From: Oopsacas minuta | Taxonomy: Eukaryota > Animalia > Porifera | Assembly: GCA_024704765.1 (NCBI GenBank) | Contig: JAKMXF010000022.1 | Coordinates: 62,001 to 126,000, forward strand | DNA: 64,000 nt | Reading direction: 5' to 3' | Shown here: positions 56,662 through 64,000 of the stretch, piece after piece | How the letters are laid out: every line of letters starts with the position of its first letter | Numbering within the stretch: position 1 is the stretch's first letter | The notes under the pieces: model-generated | What the model saw: only the letters and a program-made list of their open reading frames with translations | Told to the model about the DNA's origin: nothing | Database searches by the model: none | Position numbers and translations under genes: made by a program

Positions 56662-59103
56662 ATGACAAATATTCAGGAAAATGAAGACACTGACAACTTG
56701 TTGAACTACAACTACAGTCCCGATATGAAGCATTTAGGTTATGGTGCAGTTAGCTCCCCACAATCCCAGACACACCTCCCATCTACATTGTACCCCACTA
56801 TCCAGGATGAGCCTACGAATAATCTCAGGAGTTTAATGGGTCAGAGAGCACAGTATCGCTCTCAGACCTCTTCTTTCAGTTCATTTGTGTCTCCTAGTGA
56901 TGAGATATACTACAGAGCAGCTGTTCTTTTAGAAGATGCTATGTTATATCGAACAACGTACCACAGATTCAGCTACACTGCTCTCAAGATTTACAAAGTC
57001 TACCAATCTAGAGTAGTTCAATCTATTATCTGCCTGTGTATATTTGTGAATTTGACTCTTGCCTTCTTTGAGAAGCCTTCCTCCCTCAGCTTAACCTCTG
57101 ATTACAGATATAGAGGAAATAAAACCTCCCTTACTCCCTTAGAACCTCCATGTGGTGTTACAGAATGTATTGAGCTGGTAACACTCCTATTCTTCCTCGT
57201 GGACTATATAATAACTTTCTATCAAGTTGGATGGCGAGCTGCTTTGACTAAGATTTGGCTACATCTGTACATATTCACGATTATCTTCTCATTAGCAGAT
57301 CTCACGGTATCATTAGGCCTTCGGTGTAACGGTTATATCGGGGCTAGGAAACTACTGAGACCTATATTTCTCTTCCAACATTCCTCTTACATGAAAAAGA
57401 GTTTGAAAGCAATAAGGCTAACAATTCCGCAGATGTTTGCTGTCTTCTTTATGCTCTGTTTGCATATATTCGTATTCGCGTTGCTAGGAATGTTATTGTT
57501 TCCTGTTACTGGTTTCGATGATGCAGAGAGCTGTACTGGAATACTTAACAAAACTCACAATAACAACAGCAACTATACTGGTCAAACAGAGGGAGATCGT
57601 TATTTCTCAGGCTTGATAGATTCTGTCAGGAATCTTATTTTCCTTCTCTCCACTGCTAATAATCCTAACATTATGATTCCTGTTTACAAAGAGAACCGCT
57701 TGACTGCTCTCTACTTCATAGCATTCTTCACGATTGGTAGCTACATACTGCTTAACATATTCACAGCTGTTGTGTATAATCAGTTCAGATATTATTTACG
57801 GAATTCTATGCAACAGAGCAAACTATTACGTCACGTTGGGGTTAGAACTGGATTCGTAGTCCTAGAGAGACAGGAGAGGGATGAGGAGCTAGGTATTATT
57901 GATAAAGTTAGTTTAGACACCTTGACTAAGTTACTACCATATCTAAGGTTTGCTAAAAAGCAGTCTCTACAAGTCTACAAAGAAGAGTTGAGTTTACACC
58001 GTAGACAAGATATGCATTATCTGCACTGGCCAGAATTCGAATCGCTTATATACAAACTCTATGAAACTCCTTCTAAGAAGAATAGGAACAGAGGATTTAT
58101 CTACCACAATAACAGAGCTCTACGGATAATTCAATGGGCCATTTTATCACCAGTTGGTCTAATTGTTCAGAACTTTATATCCTTCTTAAACACAGTACTA
58201 ATCTGTATAGAGCTAGAACTATGCAATGCTAATGCTCCTCAGGTTATGAGTACAGTAAACTTCGTATTCGTATGCTACTACGTGATAGAATTGGTAGTTA
58301 AGTTTCTTATCCTCCGCAAACAGTTTTTTAAGAGGAAGTGTAACATATACGAACTGTTCGTAACCTGTTCCATCGTGATCCTACAGGTAACGATTATAGT
58401 TTATGTGGGTGTGCCTTTCAAGTCTCCATCTTCTGCAACTATCAAGACTACTCGCATCCTCATTAAAGTCCTCTGTATGTTCATTGTATTACGACTTTTA
58501 CGTCTGTTGACTACACTGAGAACATTCAGCTTCATTCTTGAGATTTTATTCACAATTATAAAGAAGTTCAAGTCATTCGCTGGTTTAGTGCTCTCTCTAT
58601 ACTATTTCTACGCTTTCCTCGGCATGATGCTGTTCTCTGATGTTGATAGGAGAGTCAAACCTGGAGCAAGGCAAAAGGTGTGTGGAACCTTCGAAGAAAT
58701 GGAATTCTTTGCTAATAATTTTCAAGACTTCTACGCTGCTATAATTGTCCTCTGGGATTTGATGATAGTGAACAACTGGAACGTGTTTGTAGAGGCATAT
58801 CGTAAGGCATACACGGAATGGGTCACGATATACTTTTTCTCTTGGTATATCCTATCTGTGATAATTGGAATCAATCTTTTAATCGCTATCATTCTTGAAG
58901 CATTTATCGGTTGTTGGGAAGATAGAAATGATAAACTGGATATAACTTTGGAACAAATTAACCCAATTGATAGTTACGGCTCTCAACGAAATGCAAATGT
59001 TGTCAGTCCTAATGTGTCTGTTCGCGGTTTATTCCACAACTCGAAATCAGCGCCAGATATTAGTTCAGTGGAGAAAGTAATAGAGAAACATCCGTTTTTG
59101 TGA
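56662..59103 (+). CDS. TPCN2: Two-pore channel, TPC2-type, intronless, 813 aa
   Basis: Two 6-TM shaker-like domains; filters LSTANNPNIMIP and LMIVNNWNVF; RAAVLLEDAMLYRTTYHR; N-terminal dileucine motif DTDNLL. Confidence 0.9.
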   Translation: MTNIQENEDTDNLLNYNYSPDMKHLGYGAVSSPQSQTHLPSTLYPTIQDEPTNNLRSLMGQRAQYRSQTSSFSSFVSPSDEIYYRAAVLLEDAMLYRTTYHRFSYTALKIYKVYQSRVVQSIICLCIFVNLTLAFFEKPSSLSLTSDYRYRGNKTSLTPLEPPCGVTECIELVTLLFFLVDYIITFYQVGWRAALTKIWLHLYIFTIIFSLADLTVSLGLRCNGYIGARKLLRPIFLFQHSSYMKKSLKAIRLTIPQMFAVFFMLCLHIFVFALLGMLLFPVTGFDDAESCTGILNKTHNNNSNYTGQTEGDRYFSGLIDSVRNLIFLLSTANNPNIMIPVYKENRLTALYFIAFFTIGSYILLNIFTAVVYNQFRYYLRNSMQQSKLLRHVGVRTGFVVLERQERDEELGIIDKVSLDTLTKLLPYLRFAKKQSLQVYKEELSLHRRQDMHYLHWPEFESLIYKLYETPSKKNRNRGFIYHNNRALRIIQWAILSPVGLIVQNFISFLNTVLICIELELCNANAPQVMSTVNFVFVCYYVIELVVKFLILRKQFFKRKCNIYELFVTCSIVILQVTIIVYVGVPFKSPSSATIKTTRILIKVLCMFIVLRLLRLLTTLRTFSFILEILFTIIKKFKSFAGLVLSLYYFYAFLGMMLFSDVDRRVKPGARQKVCGTFEEMEFFANNFQDFYAAIIVLWDLMIVNNWNVFVEAYRKAYTEWVTIYFFSWYILSVIIGINLLIAIILEAFIGCWEDRNDKLDITLEQINPIDSYGSQRNANVVSPNVSVRGLFHNSKSAPDISSVEKVIEKHPFL

Positions 59104-59886
59104 TAACCCTTCTATGTAGAGAATGATTTAATCACTGTTAATGATATATGTATTATACATTTTAATAATTATGCGTATTTATATTGTAATTGGCTTTTAT
59201 TCCACGTTGTGTATACACAGAAATGTATGTGGTAATAGTAGATTGTATCAATACATGTAGCTTGTGTCTATATTCAATTATATGGAATATCTAATGTACG
59301 CTAATAAACCTGGTCAAGCTGGACTTTTGAAATAAAGAGCTTCTAATTTAATATCTAGATTTACGTACATAAATTGGAAAGGCTCAACTCTTCAGAAGAT
59401 ATGGATGATTTGCCTGATTCAGATTCAAAAGTAGTAATGCAGTTTGGATGTTATTAGAAAATTATAATATTATTAAACACATATTGTTAAGTATTTATTT
59501 AATTAGGAGTACCTATGATATCAACATATTATTAGTGCTTCAGCATTGTGCTACCATATGTTGGGATTGAAACAATTTATCGCATAGGGCAGAGTTTATG
59601 GTGACTATATGTCACTAGATTAAATTATGTGAAATCGCATTCAGTGCAGAGCTATAAAATGAGGAGAAAATATCTTCTACAATTATTGAATATACAAATC
59701 ACATAACTCATGCCAATTGGACATTTCCACGAATTTTTGAACTACGTAGTACGTGTATTACTCCCCTGCAAAATGCTTTGGAGAAACCCTTATTTTAGAG
59801 TTCCATAAGCAGCTATATCGTGTGTATATATGCTTTTATCGTAACACTATTTATGTAATTTATCCTGTTTAGGAGTACAATATCAG

Positions 59887-60718
59887 ATGAATGTAATCAG
59901 TTTACCTTATTGTCTGGTCTTATTGAGTTTAGTAGGATCCTCGCTATGTGAAGGTATTTTAGCCGGTTATATGTTTCTGAGCACTTTCCAATTTAATTAC
60001 AAACGAGCCTTTGGCTCGTCGCTTCGCGATGAACTCGGCGCATTGCGCCTCGAGGTATTCAACGAACAAATAAACAGACAAACAACAATTGTGATTTAAT
60101 AATATAGATTATGTTTATAGACTCTGGCATTGCAAGCATTAACAACCATGAACCAATGGTAGGAGATACAGTGCAGATGGACTGTACTCTGATTAGAGAA
60201 AAGCTCTTCAGTACTGAGACGGTTAATTACATTGTTAACGATGATTTTAACGTATTTTCTAGTGATTTGAATAGAGACTCAGGGACAATAGGGGGGATAC
60301 CCGCGTTTAGAATCCAGGCCTCTACTTCTGCTAGTGATGACAGAAGGACATTAGTGGGGGCTATTATAGTGTCTAATTTGGAGAAGACTGATTTTGTTGA
60401 TGGAATATTAACACTTGGATGTGTCGGGTTATTTGGATCAGATCCAGGAGATAATGACAATGTTACTATCAGTGCAACTTTGCGTAAGTTTTCTACTTGC
60501 TAATTACTACAAACATTCAAATCACATAATTATTTAATTATATTTTTAGACAATTCAAGCAATAATTCTGCAAGTACATCTGTGGCTTCAATACTTGGTA
60601 AGTTACTTACAAATTATAATAAATAAATGTAGTACTTGAGAGTGTATTTATACTTTATCTGATTCTAGGAATATGGCCTTCTCTCCTCTCACTTGTTGCT
60701 CCGATTCTCTTACTTTAG
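59887..60718 (+). CDS. Small secreted single-Ig-like-domain protein with a predicted GPI-anchor signal (exons 59887-59953, 60121-60483, 60550-60597, 60669-60718)
   Basis: Signal peptide MNVISLPYCLVLLSLVGSSLC; Ig-like cysteines in VGDTVQMDC and IVSNLEKTDFVDGILTLGC; tail NSSNNSASTSVASILGIWPSLLSLVAPILLL*. All three introns are phase 1. Confidence 0.7.
59985..60110. mobile_element. Probable non-autonomous repeat (Helitron/HINE-like) in intron 1 of the Ig gene
   Basis: Two GC-rich palindromes (ACGAGCC-TTT-GGCTCGT at 60003-60019; GGCGCA-T-TGCGCC at 60037-60049), then an ACAA/ACAG microsatellite-like run and TTTAATAATATAGAT. The class assignment is from recalled similarity only. Confidence 0.4.
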
Positions 60719-61181
60719 AATATTTATCTCAATCAATGATTTATTTCAAGCAATCTTACACATTAATATTTGAGTCTAATTATAATTACAACTTTTGTGC
60801 TATAAAATATAGATTAGAAACTGTTGATGCTGTTTACTTAATTGCAAATATTATGAGGACCTCACTTCGTTATTCCTGCAATTAAAATAATACACTTATA
60901 AAAGACCCCCAATTTAGATTGCTCTTACATCTATACATTGAAGTAGTATAGTAATCTCTGGAGCATTAGTTACAGGAGAAAGGTTTGTAGTCAGACTTGT
61001 CTCACTCACTAATGCCACACTTGGGATACCATCCAGCGAATTGAGTTATTACTTGATTCGTGCCGTGTTATTGCCAACATTTACCTCTTGCATTATTTAG
61101 ACTAATCCAAAAGAATGCCGCAATCGATTACCACCACCACCAAAATACAATTATAAACTATAACGATTACTGATTGTCATT

Positions 61182-64000
61182 TCACTTTGGTGTTGCATGT
61201 GAGTAAGTTACTTGATCCATATACTCCCTCAATAGTTGTCTCAAGCTCTCATCATCTTCTCCACTTTGAGAATGAGAGGCTAATATTTTACTATCGAATA
61301 CTTCCTCCAAAGGCGGATGATTAGAGCTAACCTCTGGGTACATGTTGTCCTCCTCTACGGGACTCTCAAAATCAGAGAGGTCATTGATGGGATGAGTACA
61401 GGGGTGTTGAAGACTAGAAATATACTTTGAGTATAAATTTTCATTTTGAATATGCGTATTCGGTATAATGCCTTCTGCTCCACGACTCGATTGGTATAGA
61501 GAGCTTGTAGCAAAGTCTAAACTGGAGTATATCGCTTCTAGGATTGTCTGGGTACCAAGAGGGGGCAGATTCGGGATACCACTGTTTGGTTCGGTATAGG
61601 GAGAGCTTGAATATTGAGAGGTGAGATTAGCTGGGTTGTGAGATGGAGTGGTAAAGGGAGTAGAATTCTGACTTGGAATAAAATGTTCTGTCTTTTGACT
61701 CGGAAGTATAAGTTTACTTGAAGTTCTAATATGAGCCTCTTTCACATGTTTGAGTAGTTTTGATGCAGACAGGAATTCAGTAGTGTTTTTATGACAACCT
61801 CCCCATTTACATACACCCTGTTCTACTATCTTATTCTTAACGTGACTGAATAAATCTTGTACATTCTCAAATTGGTAGTCACATTCTCCCCAAGTACATT
61901 CATACACAACCATAGCTCCTGGAGAGTTTTTTAATTTTTCAATCTGCTTATTCCTCTCACTTGCCATACGCTCATACTTTGTCTTCTCCTCCGGATTAAG
62001 AGACCGCCATTCAGCAGCTAGCATCTTAGTAAGCTGTGGTACTGTAAGGTTAGGGTTTTGTTGCTGTAGCTTGCTGCGGTTGAATGAGCAGAACATACCG
62101 TATCCATGAGTAGGGAGGATTTTACGGACCGGAATGCTCTGTACATTAGAGGGGACAGGGGCGTGACAGAGAGGTGTGAATTTCCGCTTTCCACTGAGAA
62201 AATCCTGGATATTTGGTGACAACCGTAACTCTGGTATTATATCAGATTCAAACTTATAGAACTCGTCTCTCGCTACTTCAGGAGCAAGTGGGAAGGATTT
62301 GAAAGTTTTAATCTTCTTAAATTCCTTATCACCAGTTTCGTAGTAACGATATACACATACGAATACATTTTTCTCTAAATACTCGATGGGTCTAGAATCA
62401 CAATAATCCTTCAGTGGCATGACGTAGCATTTCCCGATTATAGAACGCATTGGATTAGTGTCAATAGTTGTGCTCATTATTACTTCCTTTCTGTAGAACA
62501 GTTGAGTAGGTGGATGCTGGGTCTGCTTGGGCTTGAGTATCCATGGTCCGGTGAAGAAAGGGTTATCACTCTTATCATGCCATATTTGATCTATACGCAC
62601 AATACAAGTGCTACCGTCTTGTACTTTTACATAGACAAAATCTCCCAACTTGAACCTATAAAATTATCATTAGGTTAGTACACATTAAACGTATATATAC
62701 CACTAGACTTGATACCTGACACCGTCTATGACACACTGATCGAAGTAAGAGAATCCTTTAGGAGCTCCTTGGGGTAAGTGTTGAGTTGAAATGTTTGTGT
62801 ACTCTTCATCATCACTCTTGTCTCCCTGTCCCTGTCCCTCTGTCCCTCCCTCACTCAGACCAGAGTTGGTAGCACTGTTCACAAACACAGAGGGAATCCT
62901 CTGCATTAATAAAGGTGTGTCTCTAAGTATAAAATCTGAATCTCTCTGTTCTCCTACTGGCCAAGTCTTAATCTTCTTTTCAGTTCGTGTCTTAACATTA
63001 TACTTAGACTGACATACATATACATCCTCCTCTGAGTACCCGTTAGGCATAAACTTGCTGAACGACTTAAGGTGCATGACGTAGCACTTAGCATTCACAC
63101 GAGAAGAGCGACACATGTGGAAGTCATCTGTCTTGAAAACTTCTTTTTCAAAGAACTTCTTTGTAGCCAGATGGAATGTCTCTTCAGGTCTGTAGAACCA
63201 AAGACCAAATAACCAACACTCTCCGGTTGGTGTCTGCCAGATGTTATCAATCTGTACAATGTGAGGCTGACTTGAAGTCTTTCTAGCAGCAATATACACG
63301 TAGTCTCCAGGCTTGTACTCTATTCCGTGACGTATGAAGGAGTATAGTACCCTTCTGGATTGTTCATCACACTCATCATGAGATTCATAGCCATCTGTCT
63401 GTCTTTGAATCCATGGTTCGTCTACTGTTACACTTGTAGTGATGTTATCTTCCTTTTTAACAGCTGGTTCAGGAATGTAGTCAGACTTTTGTGTGATAAT
63501 CCATCTATCGTAATAGCATTGATCAAAAATGACATATACGATAAATATATCAGAATATATGTATGCACTAGTACCTTTGTGTCTTGCTGGGACTAAAGGC
63601 ATTCATTTCAGCTTCAAATTCAGACATGGTAACCTTGAGACATGGACTTTTGAGTTGTAAGCAGAATTTGTCTCTCAATTCAAAATAGGCAGCTTGTAGT
63701 TTTAGCATAGCCTTGTACTCTGGGGACGAAGGAGAGAATGTACCTTGAACTCTTCTAAACACCAGCAGTAGCTCCTTTTGGAATAAATCATATCTTGAGT
63801 ATTCTCCTGATAATATAGACTCTTCTATAGAAGTCATGTCAATACTCTCAGTATCGTCGTGTCTAGACTGCCACTTGATTCTGTACAGCATTAGGCCAAC
63901 ATCTCTTCCTGCCTCGTCTCTGTACTCTTTTAGGTGAGTGAACACATCTGAGATTGTGTCCTGTAGCCACTTTTGGGGGTCTGGGTACATGTCCTTTCTG
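61182..64000 (-). CDS. PBRM1: Polybromo-1 (BAF180), 3' part: last bromodomain, BAH1, BAH2, HMG box, C2H2-like fingers (exons >64000-63575, 63504-62716, 62655-61182)
   Basis: Bromodomain-like IDMTSIEESILSGEYSRYDLFQKELLLVF; BAH GDYVYI...PHIVQIDNIW...WFYRPEETFHLATKKFFEKEVFK; second BAH GDFVYV...RIDQIW; HMG GYGMFC...LTKMLAAEWRSLNPEEKTKYE. Phase-2 introns at 63505-63574 and 62656-62715. Confidence 0.94.

Noticed and set aside
59359-59457. Coding-like fragment IYVHKLERLNSSEDMDDLPDSDSKVVMQFGCY after TPCN2
   Set aside because: The TPC2 ORF already ends at a family-typical C-terminus (KHPFL), and no matching donor was found.
60915-61180. Extra last exon of PBRM1 via the CAA|GTAACT donor
   Set aside because: The available acceptors lead immediately to stops in the required phase.

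Overview
Gene-dense, AT-rich animal genomic DNA (a eukaryote: GT-AG introns, no prokaryotic features, no CRISPR, rRNA or convincing tRNA). About 27 protein-coding loci were found. Most conserved housekeeping genes are intronless: NUP58, YARS2, MED4, KDM5, NIF3L1, an ALDH, PTS and TPCN2. A few genes carry many 45-170 nt introns. This style, with nested genes and NHL / CAP-Gly coiled-coil genes, fits a compact-genome glass sponge such as Oopsacas; that assignment is inference and is not shown by the sequence. All 14 top-level genes from 1 to 40917 lie on the + strand. Most start codons have a 3' splice-acceptor-like YAG within 0-10 nt upstream, the pattern expected from spliced-leader trans-splicing and operon-like transcription. 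Highlights: (i) a 119-nt GC-rich hairpin that masks the KDM3 intron donor, next to an internal acceptor-ATG; (ii) a roughly 33-exon PTB-ankyrin-ARM-REM-FERM-CDC25 RasGEF whose one large intron holds two antisense genes, a calmodulin-like gene and a TIFA-like FHA adaptor with clustered GGGAAATY motifs upstream; (iii) disabled copies of GTSF1 (in-frame TAG in zinc finger 2) and SC5D (two frameshifts plus a His-box loss); (iv) an almost FG-free NUP58; (v) a tail-anchored triple-CH protein; (vi) a GPI-anchored single-Ig protein. All homology calls come from recalled family motifs, not database searches. Exon models were built by hand from GT/AG sites and reading-phase continuity.
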